Source: an uncultured Thermoleophilia bacterium
GTDB lineage: Bacteria > Actinomycetota > Thermoleophilia > UBA2241
Direction: 5' to 3'
Length of the DNA stretch: 64,000 nucleotides
NCBI GenBank assembly: GCA_963717965.1
Contig: CAVQXS010000003.1
Span: forward strand, 6,896-70,895
Below are positions 8,833 through 18,535 of the stretch, in pieces. Below the pieces are notes generated by a model. That model was given only the letters and a program-made list of their open reading frames with translations. It was not told the DNA's origin and did no database searches. The position numbers were made by a program, and so were the translations under genes. Position 1 is the stretch's first letter. Each line of letters starts with the position of its first letter.

Positions 8833-10533
8833 TCACGCCGTGTTCTGCCGTCCCTGCTTCTGCAGCTTCGCCCAGGTGTCCCGCAGGGTGAGCGTCCGGT
8901 CGAACACGAGCGCCCCAGGCGCCGAGTCGGGATCGGGGCAGAAGTAGCCGAGCCGCTCGAACTGCACGGTCTCGCCGACCGACACGTCGGCGAGCGACGA
9001 CTCGACGAAGCAGCCCCCGAGCACGGTCTCGGAGTCCGGGTTCAGGTCATCGAAGAGGTCGCGACCGTCGGCCCCGGGGTGCGGGCTCGTGAAGAGGTGG
9101 TCGTAGAGCCGCACCTCCGCCGGCACCGCGTGCGCGGCCGACACCCAGTGGAGGGTCGCCTTGGGGCGGCGGCCGTCGGGAGCGTCGCCGCCGCGCGTGC
9201 CCGGGTCGTGCGTGCAGCGCAGCTCCACGACCCGGCCTGCCCCATCCTTGACGACCTTCCGGCAGGTGACGAAGTACGCCGACCGCAGCCGCACCTCGCG
9301 GCCCGGCGCCAGGCGGAAGAACTTCCGCACCGGCTCCTCCATGAAGTCGTCGCGCTCGATCCACAGCTCGCGGCTGAACGGCACGCGCCGGCTGCCGGCA
9401 GACGGGTCCTCGGGGTTGTTGGGCACCTCCATCTCCTCGACCTGCCCCTCGGGGTAGTCCTCGATGATCACCTTGAGGGGGTCGAGCACGGCGAAGCGGC
9501 GGGGCGCCGTCCGGTTGAGGACGCCGCGCACCGCGTGCTCCAGCATGCCCACCTCGACCACGCTGTCGGTCTTGGCCACGCCGACCATCGTCACGAAGTC
9601 GCGGATCCCCTCAGCGGGAAAGCCGCGCCGGCGGAGGCCGGACATGGTGGGCATCCGGGGGTCGTCCCAGCCGCGCACGTGGCCCTCGTTGACGAGGCGC
9701 AGGAGGACGCGCTTGGAGAGGACGGTGTGGGTGAGGTTGAGCCGCGCGAACTCGATCTGGCGCGGCCGCGAGGGCACCGGCAGGTTGTCGATGAGCCAGT
9801 CGTAGAGCGGCCGGTGGCCTTCGAACTCCAGGGTGCAGAGGGAGTGGGTGATGCCCTCGATCGCGTCGGACTGTCCGTGGGCGAAGTCGTAGGTCGGGTA
9901 GACGCACCAGGCGTCGCCCGTCCGCGGATGCTCCGCGTGGAGGATGCGGTACAGGACCGGGTCGCGCAGGTTGATATTGGCTGCCGCCATGTCGATGCGC
10001 GCGCGCAGCACCCGCGCGCCGTCGGGGAACTCCCCGGCGCGCATGCGCGCGAAGAGGTCGAGGCTCTCCTCGGCCGGCCGGTCCCGCCAAGGGCTCTCCC
10101 GGCCGGGCTCGGTGAATGTGCCGCGGTGCTCGCGGATCTCGTCGGCGCTCAGGTCGTCCACGTAGGCCCTACCGGCCTTGATGAGCTCGACGGCCCACTC
10201 GTAGAGCTGCTCGAAGTAGTCCGAGGCGAAGTACAGGTGCTCGCCCCAGTCGAACCCCAGCCAGCGCACGTCGGCCTCGATGGAATCGATGTACTCCTGC
10301 TCTTCCTTCATCGGGTTGGTGTCGTCGAAGCGCAGGTGGCAGCGACCACCGAACTCCCGCGGGATGCCGAAGTTGAGGCCGATCGACTTGGCGTGGCCGA
10401 TATGGAGGTAGCCGTTCGGCTCGGGCGGGAAGCGGGTGACCACGGTAGCGTGCCTGCCCTCGCGCAGGTCGGCGGCGACGATCTCGCGGATGAAGTCGCC
10501 GCGCTCGGGCGAGGATGGCGTCTCGGTGCTCAC
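8833..10533 (-). CDS. glnS: Glutaminyl-tRNA synthetase
   Basis: Class I motifs [14 protein letters not shown] (HIGH) and VLSKR (KMSKS), plus FDDTNP and a C-terminal beta-barrel anticodon-binding region. Start taken at GTG 10533 (VSTETPSS); the 79 codons upstream in the ORF are Arg/Pro-rich junk. Confidence 0.9.
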   Translation of the reverse strand: MSTETPSSPERGDFIREIVAADLREGRHATVVTRFPPEPNGYLHIGHAKSIGLNFGIPREFGGRCHLRFDDTNPMKEEQEYIDSIEADVRWLGFDWGEHLYFASDYFEQLYEWAVELIKAGRAYVDDLSADEIREHRGTFTEPGRESPWRDRPAEESLDLFARMRAGEFPDGARVLRARIDMAAANINLRDPVLYRILHAEHPRTGDAWCVYPTYDFAHGQSDAIEGITHSLCTLEFEGHRPLYDWLIDNLPVPSRPRQIEFARLNLTHTVLSKRVLLRLVNEGHVRGWDDPRMPTMSGLRRRGFPAEGIRDFVTMVGVAKTDSVVEVGMLEHAVRGVLNRTAPRRFAVLDPLKVIIEDYPEGQVEEMEVPNNPEDPSAGSRRVPFSRELWIERDDFMEEPVRKFFRLAPGREVRLRSAYFVTCRKVVKDGAGRVVELRCTHDPGTRGGDAPDGRRPKATLHWVSAAHAVPAEVRLYDHLFTSPHPGADGRDLFDDLNPDSETVLGGCFVESSLADVSVGETVQFERLGYFCPDPDSAPGALVFDRTLTLRDTWAKLQKQGRQNTA

Positions 10534-10564
10534 GGCGCCGAGGATAGCACAGGGCCGCACACCC

Positions 10565-11185
10565 TCAGGGCGTCTCGCCGCGCGCTCCCGTGAGCATGCC
10601 GTGCAGGAGCCGGCCGGAGGTGATCTCCCTGAAGCCGGCGTCCCAGAGCAGCCGCTCGAGCGCGTCGTCCGTGCCCGGCCGGCTGCCCAGCACGTGAGCC
10701 GCGACGTGGTGGGCGCTCTGCGCCGCGGGCGACGCGAGGTCCGCGATGAGGACTCGGCCTCCGGGGGCAAGCACCCGCTTCATCTCGGCCAGCGCCCTCG
10801 GCTTCACGTCGGCGGGCAGGTGATGGAGGACGAGGCGGCTGACGACGACGTCGAAGGAGCCGTCCTCGAAGGGCAGCGCCTCCGCGGAGGCGACCCGGTA
10901 CTCCGCCTTTGAACCGTCGCGCGCGGCCCGCGCGCGGGCGCGGTCGACCATCTCCGCTGAGGCGTCGATACCGACGGCCGCGCCGTCGGGCCCCACGAGT
11001 CTGGCCGCGGCCAGGGCCAGATAGCCCGGCCCGGTACCCACGTCGAGAACGCGGTCGCCGGGACCGACGCCCGCGTGCGCGAGCACGCCCGAGTCGGTCC
11101 TCCGAATCAGCCACCCGAAGACGAGGTCGTAGGCGCGGCTGCGGTGGATGAGGATGCTGGAGGTCTGTGCGTGGGCGTGGCTCAT
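10565..11185 (-). CDS. Class I SAM-dependent methyltransferase
   Basis: Motif [13 protein letters not shown], post-[10 protein letters not shown], and [16 protein letters not shown] 11185 overlaps the upstream CDF stop (ATGA). Confidence 0.85.
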   Translation of the reverse strand: MSHAHAQTSSILIHRSRAYDLVFGWLIRRTDSGVLAHAGVGPGDRVLDVGTGPGYLALAAARLVGPDGAAVGIDASAEMVDRARARAARDGSKAEYRVASAEALPFEDGSFDVVVSRLVLHHLPADVKPRALAEMKRVLAPGGRVLIADLASPAAQSAHHVAAHVLGSRPGTDDALERLLWDAGFREITSGRLLHGMLTGARGETP

Positions 11186-12153
11186 CTGGCTCCTGACTGT
11201 GCGGCGGTGTGTGTCTCGACGGTCACGTGTCCCAGGCCGAACTCTTTGGGGAGGCGTGCCTTGTACTCGGCCACCGTCGCCGGGTCGCGGCCGACCACGC
11301 ATACCTCGGCGGCGTAGACGCCCGGACCGATCGACCAGAGGTGGAGGTCGGCGACCCGGCTGTCGCCGTCGGCCTCGATGCTCGCGACGACGCGCTCACG
11401 GAGGCGTCGCGGCCCCCGCCGGTCGAGGAGCACGCCACCGCTCGCGCGCAGCAGGCCGATCGACCAGCGGGCGACCAGCACCGCGCCGACGATGCCCATG
11501 ACGGGATCCATCCAGGTGAGGCCGAGGTACTTGGCGCTGAGCAGGGCGACGATCGCGAGCACGGAGGTCAGGGCGTCCGCGAGCACGTGGAGGTATGCCG
11601 ACCGCAGGTTGTGATCGTGCTGGGCATGGTGCTCGCGGTCGGTCTCGCCAGGATGGTCGTGGCCGGCATGATCGTGCCCGCCATGGTCGTGGCCGCCATC
11701 CCTGGCGTTGAGGATGACCACGCACACGCCGTTCACGACGAGCCCGAGCACCGCGACCATGATCGCGTAGTCGATGGCGATCGTGGCGGGGTTGATGAGC
11801 CGCTCGACGCTGCCGGCGGCCATGAGGATCGCGAAGGCGGCGAGGAGGACCGCGCCGGTGAAGCCGCCGAGCGCGTTGACCTTGCCCGTCCCGAAGCTGT
11901 ACCTGGGGTCGTGGGCGTGGCGCCGCGCGTAGACGTAGGCGAACGCGGTGATACCGAGCGCCGCCGTGTGCGAGGCCATGTGCAGGCCGTCGGCCAGCAG
12001 CGCCATGGAGGCGAACGCGAGCCCGGCGAGGATCTCCACGACCATCATGGTCGCCGTGATGGCGATCACCAGCAGGGTACGACGCTCGCCCGGCCTTCTG
12101 ACCTCCTGGCCGAAGGAGTGGCCGTGCTGCCAGTCGGTCAGATCGTCGTGCAT
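11182..12153 (-). CDS. Cation diffusion facilitator (CzcD/ZitB-like) divalent metal exporter
   Basis: Six TM segments, the LLADGLHMASH and HVLADALTSV metal-site motifs, and a His-rich loop DGGHDHGGHDHAGHDHPGETDREHHAQHDH. Confidence 0.9.
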   Translation of the reverse strand: MHDDLTDWQHGHSFGQEVRRPGERRTLLVIAITATMMVVEILAGLAFASMALLADGLHMASHTAALGITAFAYVYARRHAHDPRYSFGTGKVNALGGFTGAVLLAAFAILMAAGSVERLINPATIAIDYAIMVAVLGLVVNGVCVVILNARDGGHDHGGHDHAGHDHPGETDREHHAQHDHNLRSAYLHVLADALTSVLAIVALLSAKYLGLTWMDPVMGIVGAVLVARWSIGLLRASGGVLLDRRGPRRLRERVVASIEADGDSRVADLHLWSIGPGVYAAEVCVVGRDPATVAEYKARLPKEFGLGHVTVETHTAAQSGAR

Positions 12154-12204
12154 CGCCGGCGAGCCGTCACTCCTCGAGTCCCTCTTGGGCGCCGGCCCGG
12201 CGCA

Positions 12205-12594
12205 TCAGCGCGGCCTCGAGCGCCGGGTAGCGCTGCCGCCGGCGGCCTCACGCCCGCGCAGCGCGTGTTCCGCCAGCAGCAGCAAGGTGCCGTCCGGCAG
12301 GCGGTAGATCGAGACCACGAGGGACACGCTCCGCCGCGACATGGCGACCACGTCGGCGCGAAGGTGCTGCACGGCTCCCGTCTCGGCGACGGCCCGGAGA
12401 GCCTCGGGCACGCCCAGCTCCTCGGCCATCGGGAACACCTGCTCGACGGAGGCGCCGGGCACGGAGTCGCGGCCTCGGTCCGGGAGCGACTCCGAGGCCG
12501 CCTCGTTCGCCCACAGGACCGTCATCGACCGCGGATCGATCAGGATCGCCTGGGCTTTGACGGGGCTGTGTTCGTCGGGGTCTTGCACTCTCAT
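12205..12594 (-). CDS. Small PAS-like domain protein (hypothetical)
   Basis: ATG 12594 is preceded by GAGGAGGGG. High GC3. The sequence ILIDPRSMTVLWANEAASESL...VSLVVSIYRLPDGTLLLLAEH resembles a single PAS fold. The assignment is tentative. Confidence 0.5.
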   Translation of the reverse strand: MRVQDPDEHSPVKAQAILIDPRSMTVLWANEAASESLPDRGRDSVPGASVEQVFPMAEELGVPEALRAVAETGAVQHLRADVVAMSRRSVSLVVSIYRLPDGTLLLLAEHALRGREAAGGSATRRSRPR

Positions 12595-12654
12595 GCCCCT
12601 CCTCGTTCGGTGCGCCAGACGCATCGTACCGCGCACGAGGTCCCGCTCGGCACG

Positions 12655-13527
12655 TCAGGCGAACTGCACCGACCGCTTCGACAACCCGAGGAAGTAGCCG
12701 GCGATCGGCGTCGCCATGGCGGCGTCCGGGTCCGCCGCGCCCAGCGTCACGAACAGGGGGACGAAGTGCTCGACCGTCGGGTGGGCGTACCGCGCCGACC
12801 GGACGTCGCGGAAGGCGGCGAGACCGCGCACGTCGCGCCGCTCGAGCGCCGCCGCGACCCACTGGTCGAACTCCGTCGACCAGTCCGGCGGCGGCGCGTC
12901 CGAGGAGAAGTCGCTCAGGAACGGCAGCCCGTGCGTCATGAAGCCGCTGCCGATGATGAGCACGCCCTCGTCGCGCAGCGGCCGCAAGCTCCTCCCGAGC
13001 TCGAGCAGCCGCTCCGGGTCCAGCGCCGGCAGGGCGATCTGCAGCACCGGCACGTCGGCCTCGGGATACATGGCGACCAGCGGCACGTAGGCGCCGTGGT
13101 CGAGGCCGCGACCGGTCTCGTTCGCGACCGTGCCGGCGCCGCCGGAGAGCTCCTCGACCCGCTTCGCCAGGCCGGGCGCCGGCGGCGAGGGATACGTGGT
13201 GCGGTAGTACTTCTCCGGGAAGCCGTAGAAGTCGTAGACCAGCGGCACGCCGGCCCGCGTCGTACCGAGCGTGAGCGGCGCCTGGGTCCAGTGCGCCGAG
13301 ACCATGAGCACCGCGCTGGGACGGGGCAGCGCGCGCGCCCAGGCGGCGAGCTCCGCCATCCACAGCGGGTCGTCCAGCAGGGGCGGGGCGCCGTGGCTCA
13401 GGTACAGAGCCGGCATGCGCCCCGGCGCCTGGGCGGCGGCCGCTCGCTCGGCGGTCGCCGCAGCTGCGGCGGCGATCTCGTCTTCGTGCAGCGGCTGCGT
13501 TCGCGGCCAGACTTCCTCAGCCATCAT
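12655..13527 (-). CDS. Extradiol ring-cleavage dioxygenase, class III subunit B family (4,5-DOPA dioxygenase/YgiD-like)
   Basis: ALYLSHGAPPLL, VLMVSAHW, GLDHGAYVPL, IIGSGFMTHG, EHFVPLFV. Start at ATGATG 13527 after GGGGGA. Confidence 0.85.
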   Translation of the reverse strand: MMAEEVWPRTQPLHEDEIAAAAAATAERAAAAQAPGRMPALYLSHGAPPLLDDPLWMAELAAWARALPRPSAVLMVSAHWTQAPLTLGTTRAGVPLVYDFYGFPEKYYRTTYPSPPAPGLAKRVEELSGGAGTVANETGRGLDHGAYVPLVAMYPEADVPVLQIALPALDPERLLELGRSLRPLRDEGVLIIGSGFMTHGLPFLSDFSSDAPPPDWSTEFDQWVAAALERRDVRGLAAFRDVRSARYAHPTVEHFVPLFVTLGAADPDAAMATPIAGYFLGLSKRSVQFA

Positions 13528-13632
13528 CGTCCCCCGTCGGGTGTTGCTACCACAGCAGTCTTCCCCGCCGGAAACGCCTTCGCGCCGCCGGGGTACACTC
13601 TGCCCGTACCACTTTCGCTCCGAGAGGCGCCC

Positions 13633-13752
13633 ATGATCGTCAGATACTGGATGACGCGCCGCTGGACGGCGGTGGCGCTGGTCGCCGTGATCGCCCTCGT
13701 GACCTTCGCCGTGCCCGCGTGGTGCGTGGCGTCGGGCACGTGGGGCTGGTGA
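13633..13752 (+). CDS. Possible 39-aa membrane peptide
   Basis: ATG 13633 after GAGAGG; high GC3. MIVRYWMTRRWTAVALVAVIALVTFAVPAWCVASGTWGW has one TM helix. It is below the ORF-track size cut-off, and no homology can be judged. Confidence 0.3.
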   Translation: MIVRYWMTRRWTAVALVAVIALVTFAVPAWCVASGTWGW

Positions 13753-13763
13753 GCCGGCCGCCG

Positions 13764-14542
13764 TCAGGTCGTACTCCGGCCCCCTGAGCCCCAGCGCTCC
13801 AGCCACCACGCCACCGACCGGTTCATCTCGGCGGCGTAGCCGGCCGTGAACTTGCGCGCGTAGACGTCCTGGACGCAGCCGGTGATCCCCGGCCGGGGAC
13901 TTCTCGCGCCGTGCAAGCTCGTCGAGTTCCTCCGAGACCTCGCGTAGCTCGGCCGACGTGAGCCGCTCGGTAGCCGTTCTTGTGCACGACGTGCTTCTCG
14001 TAGCGCTCCGTCCGATGCGCGCGCGTCTTCGGGCGGCCGAGGCAGAGCATCGCCGCGGGGAAGGTGTACGGCGGCAGGCGCAGGAGCTCGGCGTGCGTCT
14101 CGCCGAGCTCCATGATGTCGCCGATGTAGCACGAGCCGATGCCCAGCGACTCAGCCGCCACGACCGCGTTCTGCGCCGCGATGAGGGCGTCGCCGCAGGC
14201 CATCATCAGGTCGCCGAGGCCCGGCGTGACGCCGTGCGGCACGCCGGGCAGGTCGTCGCATCCGCAGGCGGCGAACAGGTCCATCCACTTCTGGAAGTCG
14301 GCGACGAAGAGCAGGACCCACGGCGCCCGGGCGATGAACGGCTGGTCGTCGCAGGTCACCGCCAGCCGGTCCTTGAGCGCCTGGTCCTCGATCTCGAGGA
14401 TCGAGTACAGCATGAGGTTGCCGGCGGTCGGGGCGCGCATCGCCGCGTGCAGCACCGCTCGCTTCTCCTCGTCGGTCGGCGGAGCCGGATCGTAGGCGCG
14501 GGTCGAACATCGGGCGTCGAGCAACTGGATCGTCTCGTTCAC
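13764..14542 (-). CDS. Nitroreductase family protein; two frame breaks near the 3' end as assembled
   Basis: MNETIQLLDARCSTRAYDP...APTAGNLM...SCYIGD is a standard nitroreductase. After HKNGY the family-like sequence continues in a second frame (ERLTSAELREVSEELDELARREKSP). It then continues in a third frame (GITGCVQDVYARKFTAGYAAEMNRSVAWWLERW, stop 13764). Confidence 0.75.
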
Positions 14543-14639
14543 GGCGTCTCCTCCGGGCGGGGCGTCAACCGTACCACCGGGTCGTTGTACACTCCCGCGT
14601 GCACCGCCGCGCAGTCACCAGCGGAGGGAGGACCAGACG

Positions 14640-15296
14640 ATGGCCCGGAGGGCACGCAGTCTGAAGACAGGGGTCATCGCGGCCCTCGGCGTGACGGCCG
14701 CCGCCGCGTGCGTCGTGGAGCGGCTCGGACGGCGTTCGGGCGCGACGCGGGAAGAGGCGCGCAGTCACTGCCCGGCGACGACATCGTGCCGAGACCGCTC
14801 TGGGCGTCGACGAGGGCCTTCACCATCGACGCCCCTCCCGAGGAGGTCTGGCCGTGGGTCGTGCAGATGGGCTTCCCTCCACATCGCGCCGGCTGGTACA
14901 CGCCGCACTGGCTCGACGTGGCGATGTGGGGCGACCGCCCGCGGAGCGCCGACCGTATCGTGCCGGAGCTGCAGGACCTCAAGGCCGGCGACACCGTCCC
15001 GGACAGCGAGGACTACTCGATCTACTACGACGTCGTCGCGGTGCGAGCCGCCACACCACGTGCTGCTGCACTCGAGGCGGCACGTCTTCCCGCCGATCAA
15101 GAGCTCCGACTTCAGCTGGGTCTTCGTGCTGCTGCCGACGCCCGAGGGCGGCACGAGGTTCGTGATCCGTGCCCGAGTCAGCTACGCGCCGCTCTGGGCG
15201 TTGCCGATCGTCGACGGGGTCATCGGGATCGGCGACCTGCTCAACGTGAGCGTGATGTTCCGCGGCATCCGCAAGCGGGTGCTGGCAGCCCGCTGA
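14640..15296 (+). CDS. SRPBCC (START/polyketide-cyclase-like) family protein; two compensating frame breaks as assembled
   Basis: N-terminus (MARRARSLKTGVIAALGV...GATREEARS) and C-terminus (EPPHHVLLHSRRHVFPPIKSSDFSWVFVLLPTPEGGTRFVIRARV...) are in frame 0. The middle (LPGDDIVPRPLWASTRAFTIDAPPEEVWPWVVQMGFPPHRAGWY...YYDVVAV) is in frame 2 (part of ORF 13958..15382). Confidence 0.7.
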   Translation: MARRARSLKTGVIAALGVTAAAACVVERLGRRSGATREEARSHCPATTSCRDRSGRRRGPSPSTPLPRRSGRGSCRWASLHIAPAGTRRTGSTWRCGATARGAPTVSCRSCRTSRPATPSRTARTTRSTTTSSRCEPPHHVLLHSRRHVFPPIKSSDFSWVFVLLPTPEGGTRFVIRARVSYAPLWALPIVDGVIGIGDLLNVSVMFRGIRKRVLAAR

Positions 15297-15299
15297 CGA

Positions 15300-16734
15300 C
15301 TACGGCATCTGCGCCGGCAACCCGGCCGCCAGGTTCTGCGCCTGGGTCGCGCGCTGCGAGGAGTAGGTCGTCAGGTACGTGATCCGCGCCGCGCCGGTCA
15401 GGCCGGCGGCCGTCGACTCCGTGCTCGCCTGGGCGGTGGCGCACTCGGTCTCGAATCCGCCGTACACGCTCTGCACCAGCGGGATGTAGTGCCTGTAGCG
15501 GAGCTCACCCGCCACGGTGCCGTTCTTGTCGAGGCTGTCGGCCACGGCGCGGAAGACGTTGAAGGCGGTCTTGTTGGTCCACGCCGCGGGCACGCTGGTC
15601 ACCGAGTCGTAGAAGGGCACGTAAGCGCTCGAGCAAGGGCGGCTCGGGGCGACCCACATGACGCCGCCGATGTCGTTCGGCAGCCGCGAGCGCAACTGCC
15701 ACACGGCGCTGTAGTCGGTGGTCGAGTAGCAGATCGGCCGGTTGGTCTGCGCGTGCGGGCTCATCAGCGCGTAGTCCTGCGTCTGGTCGAGCGTCGTGCC
15801 CTCGTAGTGGTAGCGGCTGATGCTCTGGACCTGCTGCCGGCTGATCTTGCGGTCCGGCACCACGTACACCGGACGCGTCGCGTAGGGCAGGGTGGCCGTG
15901 AGGCCGAGCGACGGGGCGACGGTGTCGAACGCGCCCCACATCCGGTTGGTGTTGTAGTAGGACTGGAGGTCGGCGCGGTCGCCGTAGGCCCAGGCGACGT
16001 CGAAGGGCCCGTCGGCCGGGCTCCAGCGCCCGATGCTCTGGGCGAACGACTGCAGGTCGGCCGAGCCGCGGAAGTTGGCGGTGTCGGCGAGGTTCACCTG
16101 GCGGACGGTCACCATGTTGGGGTGGGCGAGGAAGGCGTTGTCGGGCACGCGCTGCGCGACCCAGTGGTGGCCGCCGAGCAGCTCGAAGACCCAGGCCTCG
16201 CCGGGGTCGCCGACGGCGAAGCTGCCGGCGGCGCCGGAGGTGAACCCAGTCTGCGCCATCTGGGCGAGCAGGTCGATCGCCTGGCGCGCCGTCGAGCACT
16301 GCTGGAGGATGAGGTCCCAGATCTCGCCGCCGTAGCCCTTCCTCACGTACGGGTCGGCCGCGAGGACACTCTTGTCCAGGTCCGTCGCGGTCCCATAGAG
16401 GGCGCCGAGCTGCTTGACGTTGATGCCGCCCTCGGGCACGCCCCCCCACGTGTAGAGCTTGAGGTACTGGAAGTGGGTGGCGTCGCCCGGCACGGCCTGC
16501 AGGTAGACGTAGTTGTTGGCCGACCAGTCGTTGTTGTAGCCCATCAGCACCGAGCCGTCGGTGGTCGCGTTCTTGCCGGCGAGGACGAAGTTGCACCAGT
16601 GCGTGGCCGCCTTCGCCGGGCCGGCCTGCTCCGCCGGCGCCTTGCGCCGCGCCTCCCAGAGCGGCGGCCGCTCCGGCGATGACGGCAACGATCAGGACGA
16701 GGACGAGCACTCGCGCGACTGCGGACTTCCTCAT
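15300..16734 (-). CDS. Peptidase C69 family dipeptidase (secreted); frame break after the signal peptide as assembled
   Basis: Nucleophile context THWCNFVLAGKNATTDGSVLMGYNNDW and a full-length C69-like body (ORF 15300..16688). The signal MRKSAVARVLVLVLIVAVIAG starts at ATG 16734 (after GGGGGAG) in another frame (ORF 15505..16788). Confidence 0.75.
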
Positions 16735-16869
16735 GGCTCCCCCTTGTCGGTGGCGGGCGGCCGCGGCGCCGGAGGCGCTCCGCGGCATGACCCGATCCCC
16801 TGTGGCGTTGTCGAACGGTACTCCCGTTTTCGTCCCACGACCAGCATTGCCTGCGCGGCAGACGACCGC

Positions 16870-17881
16870 TCAGAGGTTCTTCTCGAGCCAGGCGCGGTGC
16901 GACTCGACCGCCGCGCCCTCCGGCATCGCCCACAGGTCGCCGTGACCACCGGGGAACCAGACGAGGCGCTTGCGCCCCGGCGCCGCGTCGAAATAGCGCG
17001 TGACGCTCTCACGCGAGAAGAGCGGGTCGTCCACGCCGGCCTGGAAGAGGTAGGCGCCGCCGCGGCCGGCGGCGACCGCCGCGGCGGGGTCGGCGAAGCC
17101 GGCGACCTCGGTCGGGTCGACCCCGACCCAGTCGGCGCCGGCGTAGGTCAGCACGTAGGCCCGGACCGGCGTCCGCAGGCCGGCCAGATAGCCGCCGACG
17201 AAGCCTCCCCAGCTGTAGCCCACGTAGCCGAGGCGGTCACGGTCGATCTTCGGCAGCGACCGCAGGACGTCGAGCCCGCGGCGCAGGTCGGTCACGTACC
17301 GGACGTGCGCCTCGGCGACCGAGCGTGCATCGAGGGAGATGGGTTCCACGAACGGGTCGCGGGCGTCGGGCGGGTCGATGACCAGCGCCGCGAGGCCGTC
17401 ACGCTGCAGCGCGGCGACGTCGTCCTCGAACATCTCCGCCCTGCAGCCGACGCCAGGGGCATAGAGCACGGCGGGGATCGGGCCGGCGCCGGACGGTACG
17501 GAGAGCACGCCGGTCACGACGGCGCCGTCGCTGCTGTAGGTCACGTGCAGGACCGGGACGCCGTCCCAGCGGCCGGTGCTCGTCACCCTAAGGTGGAGCG
17601 GCCCGGCGGGGCCGGGGAACTGGCGTGAGAGCGTGGCAGTGGTCGCGGCGGCGCGCCGAAGGTGCGGGCGCGGCGGTCGGGGCGACGACCGTCGGCGTCG
17701 TCGGCACGGCGGCCGGAGAGGTCGGGCCGGCGCTCGCCGACGGCGCCGACGGCGGGGCGTCGACCCGGCCACCGCAGGCCGCGAGGATGACCAGGAACGC
17801 GACCATGACCGACACGGCCCCCGCGGCCCGCGACCGCGCGAGGGCCGTGCGTGTGCCGGCGCGACTCAGCGTGAGCATCAT
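16870..17881 (-). CDS. Alpha/beta hydrolase lipoprotein (dienelactone-hydrolase/esterase-like); frame break after the linker as assembled
   Basis: Body is ORF 16870..17772 with the nucleophile elbow GYSWGG. The lipoprotein signal MMLTLSRAGTRTALARSRAAGAVSVMVAFLVILAAC plus a Pro/Thr/Ala linker starts at ATG 17881 (after GGGGAAGG). It sits in the frame of the last 97 codons of ORF 17588..19732. Confidence 0.7.
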
Positions 17882-18052
17882 GCCGGCTACCTTCCCCGGT
17901 CCGGGCACCAGTACGCCGCGGGCTCCATCGCAGCACGTGCGGCAGGACCCCGGCGCTCGAGGCGTGAGTCGCCCGACCCGGGGGAACACCCCGGGCAGCG
18001 GCCGGCGACGCGGCGCTCGCCGCCGGGCCGGCCGCATGACACTGGAGCGGCC

Positions 18053-18472
18053 ATGACATCCACAGAGACACGAGGGGCGGGTACCAGGGAGGACCCCTGG
18101 ATCCTCACCACCCCGCCCGGCAAGTCGGAGTACCTGGCCTACCGCGACGAGGCCGCCGACCCGCCGGCGCTCGTCGTGGTCGTGGGCAAGACCGAGCTGC
18201 GGTACCAGGTGCGCTGCATCGACGACCTCCACGCCATGCTGAAGGCGACCGGCGACTGGGTGCCGCTGGGCAGCGCCGACGAGCAGAAGCCCGCGGCGGA
18301 GGGCACCGTCGAGGCCTGGGGTCGCTCGCCCGACAATCCCGTCGGCGGATGGTACGGGCTGAAGAAGGGACTGCGCGGGCGCTTCGCCAACTACGTGCCG
18401 CCGGTGCTCGAGGCGCTCGGCCTGGCCGAGGTCGAACACGAGGCGCGCAACAACCGCATGCGGGCCGCCTGA
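18053..18472 (+). CDS. Conserved hypothetical protein
   Basis: ATG 18053 after GGAG; high GC3. MTSTETRGAGTREDPWILTTPPGKSEYLAYRDEAADPPALVVVVGKTELRYQV...GWYGLKKGLRGRFANYVPPVLEALGLAEVEHEARNNRMRA. I cannot name a domain with confidence. Confidence 0.6.
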   Translation: MTSTETRGAGTREDPWILTTPPGKSEYLAYRDEAADPPALVVVVGKTELRYQVRCIDDLHAMLKATGDWVPLGSADEQKPAAEGTVEAWGRSPDNPVGGWYGLKKGLRGRFANYVPPVLEALGLAEVEHEARNNRMRAA

Positions 18473-18535
18473 CGCGCGGCGAGCGCGCCCGCCCGGCGGC
18501 CGCCGGGCGGCCCGCCTCCTGCTATCATCGCGCGG

